In this document: piece after piece, positions 1 through 12,486 of the stretch
How the letters are laid out: each line of letters begins with the position of its first letter
Numbering within the stretch: position 1 is the stretch's first letter
Position numbers and translations under genes: made by a program
Assembly: GCA_027604505.1 (NCBI GenBank)
Contig: JADIIX010000052.1
Span: 62,001-126,000, forward strand
Origin: Gonapodya sp. JEL0774
Taxonomy: Eukaryota
Direction: 5' to 3'
Length of the DNA stretch: 64,000 nucleotides
The notes under the pieces: model-generated
The model's input: only the letters and a program-made list of their open reading frames with translations
Databases searched by the model: none
Told to the model about the DNA's origin: nothing

Positions 1-2251
1 GATATCTGCCAAGCAAACGAAATTGACAGGGAAAAGGCACTCAAGGAATTGGCTTTGGTATGGATTGGATGACAAGATCAACCGAAGTTCCTTTACTCAC
101 ACACGGTTCTCGCTCAGAAATGGCTCTTGAAGGAACTACCTGTCCCAAAGGAGGAGAAAGATTTATATTTGCCATCTATCAGGTTACAGGTACGCGCCAC
201 GATTAGTTCCAATTGTAGTGTGATTCAGACCGGCTAAAGTTGCTCCTTGATTTTCAAACCAGCCTTCCTTCATTTCCTCACGGAATGCAGAGCACTCTCA
301 ACGCATTAAAGTTCTCCTTGCATTGCGAGGCTTCGAAGTATCCAAGGCTATAAGCATCCTTCAAAAGATTGCAGTTTCGGTTCGTGGAGCTTTAATCCCT
401 CCTTCCTGGGACTTGTTATGGAAGTTTCATTAAATTTCAAATGTCACCTCTCGCCTCCGCAGTCGTCTTCCAAAATTTCCAACACGAATCGTGTTCGGGC
501 ACTCGGTGTGCTCCTGCTGCTACCGGCCGAAGACCATCCACAGATGGCAACGCACGAGGAAATGATGTGAGAGAAAGAACTCGACTCCGTTTTCGTGATG
601 AATCTTGCAGTTTGAATCGACCGCCTCGCGATCCATTGCAATGAAGTCAATACATGCGCTCATTGCTGTACATTCTCGACTTTGAGGAGTTGAACATCTC
701 TATGACCCTGAATGAATTTAGAGCCTGCAGCAAAGAAGCTCTTGCGCGATCCCTCTGGGTAAACCATGGTTCTAACGTCAAGGTAAGCGTTACGTCTCGG
801 ACAGGAGTTCTACGCATTTTCTGACAGATATATTATTTCAACGAACTTGCCGCTTGTGCCTAGGCGGTCGAGTTAATATGTAACCTGTGTATTGACTATC
901 ATATTCACGACACAGTGCTTTGGGAGAAGCTGCTAGAACGCTTACTGCGCCATAAATTGGTGAGTTTTTTCTGGGCGTTTTGGGGCGCCTGTAGTTGGCT
1001 TATCACGTGACACGATCACAACCACAGCACCGGTACCTCTTGAGCCTATTGCATGTCATTACTAGCATCTCCGGCCTTGCATACATGCGACCCCTCCCCA
1101 GACTGTGGAACAGCGTTCTTCTGGGCGGACTTGAGTCCTTTGCTCTGAGGCCTGGTTCGCATCAGATCCAACACCTGTTCTCTGACCACTCGGAGATTGC
1201 GTTCACCCATGTTTGCTATTTCAGGTAACCCCCCGGAACTCGACATTCTCCAACGCACAATTCGGCTGGTCCAGTGCTGCCCCTTCCTTCACCAACTCGA
1301 CCGCTCAGCGATCCTTGTTGCTTTTGGTCGGATCGTGCAGAAAGCGACAGGGATGGCAAATGATGAGGACAAGGTTGGAATGATGGTGGTGGCTTTAGAA
1401 GGCTGTGCGACGGTTCCTAAAGGGGACGAGGAGGGGGTGGAGGTGAGTCCCTTGATGGAATGATCGAGTGACTTTAATGAGTCTCACTTTAGCTTCTGAA
1501 GGAGGTGATGGTGCATATTGCGGACGAAGATCTCGTGCAGGTACTGAATCGAGTGTTGGACGAAGAGGCCGATTCGAGTGTCGAGGTAATGTATTGAATC
1601 GGGTAAACTAAAATCACGAAGGTTTTACATTGGAGAAACGTTTTCTATGTTTGTCCGCACTCTCTCCAATGGTTCTCTCCCACCCCCGCGATCCACCTGA
1701 TCAGGGGAACTATCTCAACTTACTCTTCGACACTTTAAATGCTCGACATCACTACGAGTTTCTCTTACGCGCACCGCCCAAGGTTCGCGACGGGTTCTTC
1801 AAGCGGATGGCCGCCGTGGATGGCATGGATGATCTTATGACCGCCGTGATAGCTTCAGGGTGGTGAGTCGATTCTCGATTACGCTACTCGGGACGACTTT
1901 TCCTCTCGTTCAAGAAGTTGTGAACGGGTGCTGATTTTTTGTTTTTGATTTGCCTCAAACGGTGCAAGGCGAAACATTGCCAAAGAGCTTGCGGCCACCT
2001 ACTTTGACGTGCGTGTGGAAAATCGGCCCGACGACTATGAGAATGCTGGCAAGGATGACCTGTTGCAGGTGAGAGATGCGGTTCGCATTTCCTCAAACCG
2101 GTGTAATACGAACTCAGCGGTCATTTTGCCTGGCGCAGTATTTCCTGGAGACACATGGAATTGAGCGATGACGAGTGTCCCCGCCAGTTGATTCGAATTA
2201 TTGATTTGGTAGCATTGTGTATTACGGAATAATTGACAGACGATGGGGTGA
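1..2251 (+). CDS. KNTC1: Rough deal (Rod)/kinetochore-associated protein 1 homolog, C-terminal part; 5' truncated by window, multi-exon
   Basis: Spliced exons at ~690-960 and ~1030-1130 read NISMTLNEFRACSKEALARSLWVNHGSNVK/AVELICNLCIDYHIHDTVLWEKLLERLLRHKL/..YLLSLLHVITSISGLAYMRPLPRLWNSVLL. From memory this aligns with the metazoan Rod_C region (..KGLWKNHSHESMAVRLVTELCLEYKIYDLQLWNGLLQKLL..YLRKVL). 3' end approximate. Confidence 0.8.
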
Positions 2252-2452
2252 TGTGGTGTGCTGGCCACAGCGAATATGACCCCCACACATATGGACACGA
2301 CCACCTCTTGCCAATTCCCAACAAGACTTAAAAGTAGTCCTGCCGAATTCTCCCACTCTTTGTCCAACGATCTTCAAAAACTGTTGCAAAACGTTCAGCA
2401 GTTTCAGCTGCCCCTCCCACCTGAGCAGAGAAGGAAATCATCACTCTCGAAA

Positions 2453-3432
2453 ATGAGCATCAACTCGGCAATGTTTCAGAACGGCGCGCTGTCGCTGGTA
2501 TTCGGTGAAGGTGTAGCATTGCACCAAGATGCGGTGCGACTAGAAGTATCTGGTGGGGCAGATATGTGAGTGGATTGGATGGAAGGTTTTGTTCGCGATA
2601 CACCTAGTCAGAATCGTCACCAACCTGCTATTCCGGCATGACAACAGTCTGTGCAAGGACGGCTCGCTCATCCTTACCAACCTGAGGGCGGTGTTTCTGC
2701 CTCATTCCAAGACAACAATCTCGAATTTTGTGCTTCCGATTCCTTCCATACGCCAACCAAAGGTGCGGTTCAGTTGAGAACAATACATCCTCATATTTCC
2801 TGAATAGGGAATAATCAGTAGTGGACTCCTGGGGCCTTCTTTCTATCGGGCGTCACACATACTGAGTCCTTCCCAAACCCAACCCAATCCTTCTGTTACA
2901 GCTTGTGCAACCCATGTTTGACGCCAATCGATTTGAATGTATGGTCATTCCAGTCATAAATGGAGGGTTAGACGCTCCTGCGACTGTTAAATTGGTCTTC
3001 AAGAATGGGGGTGCATGTGAGTTGAGTGTGAAGTGCACAACTCCCAGTGCAGGGACGCAAAATTACGCGTAAAAACGGTTGTCATCTCCCCTAGACGACT
3101 TCCACTCCACCTTCTCCACTCTTGCGACCCAACTGGAACAAAATCCTGCCCCGCAGTTCGAAGCACTCCCCTCTTACGCGCCTATCGACGCTCCCGCCGA
3201 CCAAATCGCCTACCCTCCACCACCACCCACATATCTGTCGGCAGAAACCAACCCCGACTCTGACTCTGCCGGCGTCGGCGTAACATCGAGCGCAACAGCC
3301 ACTGATGGCGCTATGCAGACTTCTGGACCACAAGTGTACTGGGCACCCACTGAAACTTCTGCAATGCCTCCCGTACAGGGACAAGATGGCCGAGAAGTAC
3401 CAAAAGAAGCCCCTCCGCCCTATCAAGATTGA
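2453..3432 (+). CDS. WW-domain-binding protein 2 (WBP2)-like GRAM/PH-fold protein with PPxY motifs, multi-exon
   Basis: MSINSAMF.. start; GSLILTNLRAVF; LVQPMFDANRFEC..KLVFKNGGA..DFHSTF; Pro-rich tail containing LPSY and ending APPPYQD*. Confidence 0.8.
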
Positions 3433-4263
3433 AAATGAGGGTCTGGCTTCCGAGTTTGAGATGTGGAGATTGACGTAGATTGTATTGACATGTATATTGA
3501 GTTTTAACACACACCATGGTTTTGATCTCAGGAGGAAAAGTGAAAGCTGTGCACTTCTCGTATGCATGCAGGCTGAAGGAAGTTCTGAGCCCATTTGTAG
3601 AGTCAAGGCTGAAGGAACCTGGCGCTTTCGAGTGCCAAGAGCAACCGTCCCCCTTCTGCCGACGAATTTTTCTCTCCATACATCCCAACTGGTGCGTAGA
3701 ATGGCATGAAGAAAGCAGATAGCCTCCATCGTGAGAGAGAATCTCGCAGTCTCCTCGCCGGGAATCTTCTACAAGTGTTTCCCTTCGTCGACTGGTTACG
3801 TGTAATATTTGATTCGGGGCACACTGGCACAATTTTTGGCAAACAAGGAACCGAATTCTAGATACACTCTGACGGAATTGGATCAAAGCGGTGGGACATG
3901 GTTTAGTCGATGGGGGTAATCTTCGATAGGCAGAGAGTCTTTGTGTTCCATCCGGTGATGATCGCAGGACACGAGCGCGCTGAGGCGTGGCCTTCAGATT
4001 TCCCCGCGAAGGGCTTCTCATACATCTCACGGCTCTCCGCCTTTCGCCCTTCCGCAATCTTGCTTGCCAGCCGGCACCGGGACTTTAACTCTGAGATCCC
4101 GGAGTAACCCCAATTAGTCCAGCGGGTCAGCGTGACAGACGCCATGGTTGATGGGAGCTTTCTGGGACGTGGACAGGAGAGGGGCAAGGTGTGGTCAAGC
4201 AGTTACTTTAAGAAAACCAGTTCATAACAACTACAATAACCACGCATCTGATTGTAGGCCGCA

Positions 4264-6564
4264 TTGTCACCGTTACCGCTGCGGGGGGAGAATACACCAC
4301 CCACTCAGCGCACCGTAAACGCTTCCTCGCGGCCCCCTCCCGACGTCCCCACGACACCGAACCTGGAACCGACACCGCTATTCCCGACCCCACTCCCACT
4401 CACCTCGCTCGCGCCGTCCCGCTCTTACCGTCTCACTCTCACCTTCTGCCTCTCGCCCATCCATGTGACTCTCTTCACTACCGGTGGTTATCGAGCGTTG
4501 CTGGCCGTGGGCCAGGAAGGTCGGCTGAAAGCCCGGGCAAGGGAGGGTGTTCCGTGGGAAATTGACTGGCCACCGTATACGATACTGGAATTGAATGGAC
4601 AAAAGATTGATGAGGTACAATGTGCTCGGTGATACGATTCGGATGATTGGTGAGCTAGTCTCACAGTGACTGGATAGGCCCCTTCTACAGCCCCCATCTC
4701 CTCCTCCACCTCCATACGACCCCCTCCGCGCCCTCGGCATCCGCTGGATATCACACGGCACCTTAATCTTACCCAGGGGTGCGACAGAGCTCAGCATATT
4801 CGGATAAAGTTCCAAGCAACTGCACGCACTTATGCAGCCCAGGTCTTCTGGGATAGAAAGAGGGACGTGGATGATGTTGTAAGTGTTTGGGAGAAGGACG
4901 GTGAGTTGCGTTGTTTGTGGCAATGTGAGCTGAGCTGAGATCCAGTTTCAACATCGAACTGTAGTGCTTGCGGATGCCACTTCGCCCATCTCGTCTCCTC
5001 AAGTTTTCAGCCCATCAAATGCTTTTTCCGATCCCTCCTCAGACCTTTTTTGCTCTTTCAATATTTTGTCCCTCCGTTGTCCGCTTTCCCTCCTCCCACT
5101 CAGCCTTCCTGTCCGTGGATTCGAATGCTCGCAGCATTCCTGCTTCGACGCCCGCGCCTATCTTCAGCTTAACGACAGACCGCAACCAAGCTGGTCGTGT
5201 CCGGTGTGCTCCAAGCCCGCTGCTAAGGTCGTCGTCGATCATGCGGTCAAGAGGGTAGTTGAAGACGTGAAGAAACACGATGCGAGAGCGTCGATGGTCG
5301 AGCTAGACGAAGGAGGAGGGTGGAAGGTCGTGAGACGGGAAGACGATGTTGACCAAGATGACAGTGACGATGACCCTCAATGGGACGCGTTGATTGTGGC
5401 ACGAAGAGAAGCCACATCGTCCGTGCTAGTTGATGATTCCACGGTAGAATCTCGTCAGAGGCCACCTTCCTTCGCGCACCAACCACCTCTTCTCCCACTT
5501 GATCAGCACTTCTCCCGCTCTCCCACTGGATCTGTCATCCATGTTCCCCAAACATTGCCCCGGCATCCCCAGCCATCAGTCGTCACCCGTCACCCGTCAC
5601 CGGTCACCCACCCACCACACCACGGACCCCTCACTCCCTCCCTCCCTCCTTCGCTCACTCACTTCCCCACATCGGCCCCCACGCCCCCCGCGCCCCCCGT
5701 GCTGTTCCCCAATTTCCGGTCCTCAGAGTATCGCATTCAACGCAGGGGACCAGGTCGACCAAAGCGAATCAACTCCGCACCTGAGCGAGATGAGCTTCGC
5801 ATCACACGGGGCTCAAGTGGAGTGAACCGCAAATCGGTGCAAGCAGTGCGTTCATCTATTGGTGAGGTTTGGCTCTGTTGGAGCCCATTTGCCTCCGTGG
5901 GATAAAGGACTAATGTTCAAGGATTATGAATTTATTTGTTGCAGGTCGTTCTTCCATACCCTTGAGGTTGCTTCGATCACAACCACCTTTGAACACTCGA
6001 CCGGTTCAGTCACAACGTCCTTTGTCTGGCGTCGAAGGTGTTGTGGACCTTACTTCAGAGAGTGACGACGACGTCACTGTGTTAGTCTCTGGACAACAGA
6101 CTGACGCGTTCCTGGTGGAAAATGTGTCGAGAAGAGTCTGGGAAAGTCCACCAACGGGAACACACACCATGGCAGTGAACGTGCCTGGGGTTTCTGAGGC
6201 CGAAAATCTCCAGGCTGTCATCTCCGCTGAAGGGAACATCCAACCAATGGACCTTCACCACGTTGAGCCAACGGGTCTTCCGCATCTAGCTTCATCGTGT
6301 CAAACCACTGCCTTGTGGGTAGTTCCAGTTTTGGGGCATACGGCCTTGTGTGCCCCTCCAGATTTATCTCCAAAGTCGCCAATAGCAGCAAATGAGCCAT
6401 TCTCGTCACCTTCAGCTCCCAACCTGCCTGCTGGGAAGGCGCTGGTTGCTCAGAATGTTCGGACGCCCAGAATGCGGACCAGAACGTCACAGAGGCTCGC
6501 GGCACGCAGAAGTGGGGACCGTGCAAGGGATGGATCAGAAATCAATATTTCCTTATTTCCTTGA
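4264..6564 (+). CDS. SP-RING (zf-MIZ) PIAS/Siz-type SUMO E3 ligase-like protein; true start probably further upstream
   Basis: LSLRCPLSLLPLSLPVRGFECSQHSCFDARAYLQLN..WSCPVC is an SP-RING. Upstream IDWPPY..LNG and PLDIT are PINIT-like. VVDLTSESDDD at ~6040 is SIM-like. Confidence 0.8.
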
Positions 6565-6687
6565 GACAAAAGTAGATTTAGTCAGTTTAATTTATCAGTT
6601 GTGGACCCTCTGTCCGTGGCCTTTCGTGGTTATTAACCCCCGAAACAGTTGTGAATTCAGAGCAAGACCTGAAACACCATTTTGGAT

Positions 6688-8898
6688 ATGCAATCGCAAT
6701 CTCCCCGTTCTCCGCCGAACTGGGTGCCAGGTGGCGCCACTGCGGGGAACGACCTGTCTTTCCGATGTCGCGAGATTATGCCGTTCACCCGGATGGAACG
6801 GGAGTACCGTTTGGTACTCAATGAGATCCTGATTAAGCCTCGGTGGTGGACCAAGGTGAAAAATCCGGCGATTCTCGAGAAATGGCAGGAGGAAGCTCGC
6901 GATGCTTTGGTGCAGCTGAGATCGAAGGAGTTGTCTTTTGACTCCGAAGAAGTCCCCAAAGGGAACCCCCTCGATAAGTATGAGACAAGTGGCAACAGTA
7001 AGAACTCGGAGGATATGCTGGAATCGCGGACTGAAGATAAATCGGACGAGCGGAGGGCACAGGAGGCCAAACTCATTGACCGAGCCGTGGCCTTCCTCAA
7101 ATGGGAGTTGGATCAAATCGCACAACATGGTCTTTTGAAACTGAAATCCGTATCGACTCAAGGATCGGAATCTGACGCCACCGCCTCTCCGGTCACTGGA
7201 CATGGCGTATTCATCTCAGACGATCTTATTCCATCTGAGACGCTGGCTGCATTCTCACGTGTGGTCTCTCCTATCGAGACAGTGGCCTTGGATCGCGGAG
7301 ATTGGCATTCGGGCACACATCAGGTTTTGGACTTAATTCATCCATCAATGCATTGCCTTGTGTACGGTCGTACGCACTTCTCGGAAGTGCCAAGTGCTTT
7401 AGTTGGGGAGACTGCTGCAGTGTGGAGTGGCTCCAAGTCGAAGGGTTCATCAGATATCTCGTCTCGATTTCAGTGGCTTCCCACAGACATTAATGTGGAT
7501 AGTACAGGACGGGCAACACTCGTCAGTTACATCAACAATCTAGATCGAAGAGTTTATCCCCGCGTGTATGGTGCAATCAAGTCTATTTTTCAGGGAATGG
7601 TACCCATGTTCGAGCGGGCAGTAGAAGCTCTCGAGACTGACCCCAAGAGATGGATAGGTGAGTTGGAGTATCTGTACTTCTAAAACACTGGTGATCCTGT
7701 TCAGACATTTTATGGGACAAACACAAGATGCGGCCCTTGAAAATGACAGATACATGGAACCTCATGACGCTTGGCTGGTGAGTGAATCATTTTGGCTGCT
7801 GTTAAACGGAGTGTCAATCTTTTGTGTCATTAGAAACGTACGTGGATCTCCAAGAAGTATGGAGACAGTGGGCTTCCGGCCGCACTAAACGGAAAAGGCA
7901 CATGGTACTGGCCTGCCGAAATAAAGGAGGAATACTATGCATGGTGTGATGAAATGCGTGACAATGACACGAGAGAGGTCAAGGAACCAGGATTGCCTGA
8001 TCCAACGTTCGAGAAATTCCCGATTCCCGAGTGTTCCGTGAACCTTAAAGGAAAGACACTTCAAGTTATCTTTAAAATGGCAACCATTTGCTTAACGCCG
8101 GAGAATCCTGAGTTCAAAGGGGGCAACTGGCATCTTGAAGGTATGCGCTCAAAAGTTCATCTGTTCTTTTGGATGCAAACTTAGTACCAATTGTGCCATC
8201 CAGGAATGGAAAATGAGGCTATAGCCGCTACTGGCTTGTTCTACTACGACGTTGACAACATCACACCATCAAGACTTACGTTCCGTCATGTCTTTACATC
8301 AGAGGACTACGACTATCCACAGTCAGATTTCCTCGGTGAGCAACAGGTGTTCGTGTATCGTTTGTTGCGGCAAATTGTTCGTTTAAAGATATGTTCCCTA
8401 GGTCTTGAAAAAGTTTTCGGTTTTCAGTCAGAACGGTCAGACAACGTTCAATGGTCCGGTCAGATTGAAGCAAGAAAAGGACGCTGTGTCGTGTTTCCGA
8501 ACTTTCTTCACCATCGAGTCGAATCATTTCGCCTCTCAGACCCAACCAAACCTGGATATCGCCGAGTCCTTGCAATGTTCCTCGTTCACCCAGACAATCG
8601 CATCATATCCACTAGCCACGTGCCTCCACAGCAACGTAGCATTATCGAAGATGCCTTGAATCTGACACTTGGATCCAAACTGCCCAGTCTCGTAGTGAGG
8701 AGCATCAGTGGTTTTCTCCCCACCATGAGTCTCAAGGAAGCCAAAACATGTGCCGAGGAGCTGTCCGAGGAACGAAGCCAAACAGAAGAGGGTGGATTTG
8801 CGTCTGTTCAGAACATCTTTCTATGGTGAGAATGTTTTACAGGTTCCCGATCCCTCATTTGTTCACTAACACTGATTGATGAGTACAGTGAGCACTAG
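6688..8898 (+). CDS. DUF4246 family protein (predicted 2OG/Fe(II) dioxygenase-like fold), multi-exon
   Basis: Family motifs DWH..VLDLIHPS, FQWLPTD, SYINNL, LQVIFKMATICLTPENPEFKGGNWHLEG-MENEAI, FPNFLHHRVESFRLSDPTKPGYRRVLAMFLVHP; spliced end ..NIFLCEH*. Confidence 0.85.
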
Positions 8899-9109
8899 TG
8901 ATCCCATATGACGTTGGCGTCATCAAACCTGCTGGCAGGCAGCATCAAGCGTCCATTTATTCATGTTCGTAGGGGGGGGGGGGGAAGACAATGATTCATT
9001 GGTCTGGAATCATCCTGGGTTGGGACTGAGAGTGAAGTGATTGAATTAACATACTTGAAATGACATGCGTGAAATACTGGGCTTTTTAAATTAATAAGTG
9101 ATCAAGTAA

Positions 9110-10763
9110 CTAATCTGATTCTGCTGCGCCCTGCGCTCTCAACAATTCAACAATCCAGCGATCGTCCAGCGAATCGCTGCGTTCTGGGTACTCCAGGTCC
9201 CCACCCTTTACCGTGTCATGATTTGCGCGCCGTGCAAACGACAATGCTGGGAAGAACCCGAGCTGGTCGGTTTCCACCACACGACCCATGACCCACCCAT
9301 CGGCGTATCTGTAGTATAAATGAACCCGCTGTCCAGGCGCCAGCGGGACCTCATCATCTGAGGTCGGACGGAACGTAGCGATTCCAACACCCTTGCCCAC
9401 AAGTTTCAGTGTTCCCATGCTTTCAACGCTCTTCCGGAAGTCCAATGTTCTTCTGGCGCTTGATTTTCTCCCCAAACTCATAAAGCTAGCTTTTCTTCCG
9501 AGAGATGCAAAGCTCGCCTTCTTGCTGAGACTTGCCTTCCTACTCACAGCAGAGGCTGCATCCGTAATCCCTCGGGGCAAAGAAAAGTTGACACGTGCAA
9601 GGCTGCGCTGTCGGGTCAACATCTGATCCAGCAACGTCTCTGTATCAGTGGGCGCCGTCAGGCGTTGACTGGGGCTGGGAATACTGGTTCCATCCGGCGA
9701 GCCACTAAGCGGTAGGGGAGGGGTCGTTTGCTCTCCTGGAGCCTCCAGTCCCAGTTCCATGTTGATGTAAGTGACTTCTGCATCTCCGTAGTTTGCAGGT
9801 GCGTAAATCTTTCCTTCCCGCGATTTCCTAAGGCTGACCAAGAACCACAAAAGAAAGCCACCAACCACGATTGTGACTGCAGAAGTGATTATGGCGATGA
9901 TCCCTGCTGATCCGATCGAAACATTTTGTTGTTGGTTATTGCTGGGAAGGGACAAGAGGCATGTATTATGTGGACTCGCTGCAATCGAACAGCCAGCTAA
10001 CTCACCCAACGACTGCGAGTGGCGAGGTTGAATTGCTCGAGACAGTGGACGTAGTTGCGGTTGCGACGGTGCTGGGTTGCATGAGACCAGTCGCATTCAA
10101 GGTAGCAGTCGCTAGAGTGGTGGTTACAGCGGCTGACAAAGTAATAGGAGGTATGGCAGCTGCCTGTGTAATACTCGAAGGTGCCAGGGGCGATCTGCGA
10201 GTGTGCAGATTTTTAGATTCTAATTTTGGGATAATCCCACTGACGGCACTCCTACCCCGTGGAAAGAGTTGTTGTTTGCGAAGTGACTGCAAATGAGCCT
10301 GTTGATGTCACCAAAAAATCGGTACTGAGCGTATTTGAAATTACAAAAGTCGAAGGAGAGATTGCTGCAATGGAGTTGCGAGGCGATAGGGCAGCAGTTG
10401 TGGGTGTCATGGAAGTTTTGAGTGAAGTCGAGAAGCGATTCAGGGACTACCGGAGAGGAGAAGAGGCCGTTCCAGTAGCGAACTTCAAATACACCATCAA
10501 GCAGGACGCACCGAGGTCACTGTAGGAAAAGATTTGGACCCGATCATCGAAATTTTGGTCGCGATTGGAGTTCCAACCTGTGACGATGATGCCAACTGAT
10601 CCCCGATTGTCTCTGAATCCGAATCATCGCTCGCATCTTGTCCGTCATTCTTCCGCGGAAATAGTTGGCGTTCAAAGTCCACGTAGCTAAAACGAAACGG
10701 CAGCACGTCGCTTCTCCCCGTCCTCGCTTGCACTCGCTGCTTTCGAAATTTTGTAGCTGACAT
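9110..10763 (-). CDS. Single-pass membrane protein: Ser/Thr-rich ectodomain, TM helix, cytoplasmic SH3 domain; 5' end uncertain
   Basis: S/T-rich stretch at ~10000-10480; TM AGIIAIITSAVTIVVGGFLLWFLV; SH3 ATFRPTSDDEVPLAPGQRVHLYYRYADGWVMGRVVETDQLGFFPALSF. Confidence 0.75.
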
Positions 10764-11152
10764 GGATCCCGTTCATGCATCAGTAATCTCGATGCCCAGC
10801 ATCGCAAGTATTTTAAAGAGGGTTTCACGAAGTGTGGTGTTGTGTGCTTGTGAGGCACTGCCGGCATGATCTCGGGGTTTGCCGTTTCAATCCCTCACTG
10901 TGTTGAAATCGTAGCCAGTCTGTGCACGTATGCTGACCGCGTTGCTTAGAGTACAGATTGATCTTCTATAGCTTTCTTCGCTAATGCATTTCGCCGAGTA
11001 GGTTGAATGGCGATGTCGGCACTCGGCCATGTAAGGTCTTTCAATGCAGCTTCCTATTTGAGTGGGAAAAGTTTATTGGAGATACGCAAAAAAGACACAT
11101 TCATCACTTGGAAGCATAGTACTAAATTTGAAGTCCTCCTTCTGTACAAAAT

Positions 11153-12147
11153 TTATAAGAACCGAACTGCGGTCTCGAAGCCCTCCCGCTTATAGAACTG
11201 CGCTCGACCAAGAAGACTGGCGGCCTCGTAGCACCGAAGGGCCGCGAAAGGGTCAAGCGGACGGAAGTCTACGAGAGCAGAGAGTTGATGGGTGACGGCC
11301 AATGGGAGGAAAGGAAGGGTCAATACAGTGTCCCTCACCACAACACACATAGGAAGGAGTTGCTCTTCTTCCTACTCCCTGCAGCAGCTAGGCACCAAGA
11401 TACCACTAGGTGCAGTCCGTGCTATGCAACGGTGTGTCCTTGCGCTCCAGAAACATCTTAATCTGTCGGGCACTCGGACTCACCTTCCACCTCGTGGAAG
11501 TCCCCCAATGTACATAGCTGCCCTGTTTTGGCGGCCCCCTTACACCAATCGTGCATCCGAATCGCCCATTCTTCTGGGGTGCGCCACCAAATTAAGGCTC
11601 GTGAGCGCGGGGGGGGAAGTTGAGAAGCGGGGGGGATGTTGGAGGAGGTGCGTGAGTCGACCCATTCGAGACGGCCTTGCTTGGCTAGGTCATCTAGAAT
11701 GGCAGTGAGGAGTTGGGGGGAGACCGAGCCTGGAAGAATGAGTAAGACGGAAAGGTGAGGAGTTCTAGCAGGTCGAACCAACCATTTCATCTTGGAAGTC
11801 CAACCTCTCAACAAAGGGTGTCATTGTACATCATACCGAAATCCTTTCAAACATTTGCAGACCTTGAGAAACCAGCGCAGCAAACTCAGACCGAAACGCC
11901 TGTCCAAGTCGTTCTCACCGTTCTGAGCACACTCACGCTTAATCTTTTCATTTCGAAACAGCTCGCTCTTCGCAATCCACTCCGCGGTGTCGATGTAGAG
12001 ACAGGAAAAGTGCTCACAGTATGCGCGTAGGAGCTCGGTCCAAAGGGACAGCTGACGAGCACGGGACTCAGGATTCGGCTGGAGGGTGAAAAATGGCGGA
12101 AAGTCGTAGATTTGTGGGAATCCAAAAGGTTGAACTGTACTTTGCAT
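11153..12147 (-). CDS. VPS25: ESCRT-II subunit Vps25, multi-exon
   Basis: FGFPQIYDFPPFFTLQPNPESRARQLSLW..LFRNEKIKR; ALIWWRTPEEWA; C-terminal DFRPLD..GRAQFYKREGFETAVRFL*. Confidence 0.92.
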
Positions 12148-12486
12148 TGTGTTGTTCTCCACATCATCGATCGAGTCTTGTCCGGCCACAGCAGAACATG
12201 AACAAATTTTCAGCAACGCGAGAGACTAAAGCATTTTCACTTCCTTCAACTGTAGCGAAACTTCTGTGTGGTTGGTTGCTGTTATGTAAGTATCACCGAT
12301 CTATTCATCTCCGCGCCGTGGAAGAACTCAAAATGTACAATAATTCAAGGTAAAGTCCTTTTCTATCTCTTCTTTTTTTGTTTGTGAAAAGAGCTTGATT
12401 TTTTCTCTTCCTGTCTGCGCACATCTGATTCATGGAGCTCTTCCCTCTCAAATCTCATTACCATCAGGCCTGGCGCCAACACAAAC

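Noticed and set aside
3091..4057. 212-aa and 248-aa - strand ORFs
   Set aside because: Non-ATG starts or antisense overlap with the WBP2-like gene, and no recognisable motifs. The region may instead hold 5' exons of the SP-RING gene.
8972..8984. G13 homopolymer between convergent genes
   Set aside because: An isolated simple run with no supporting structure; length unreliable.
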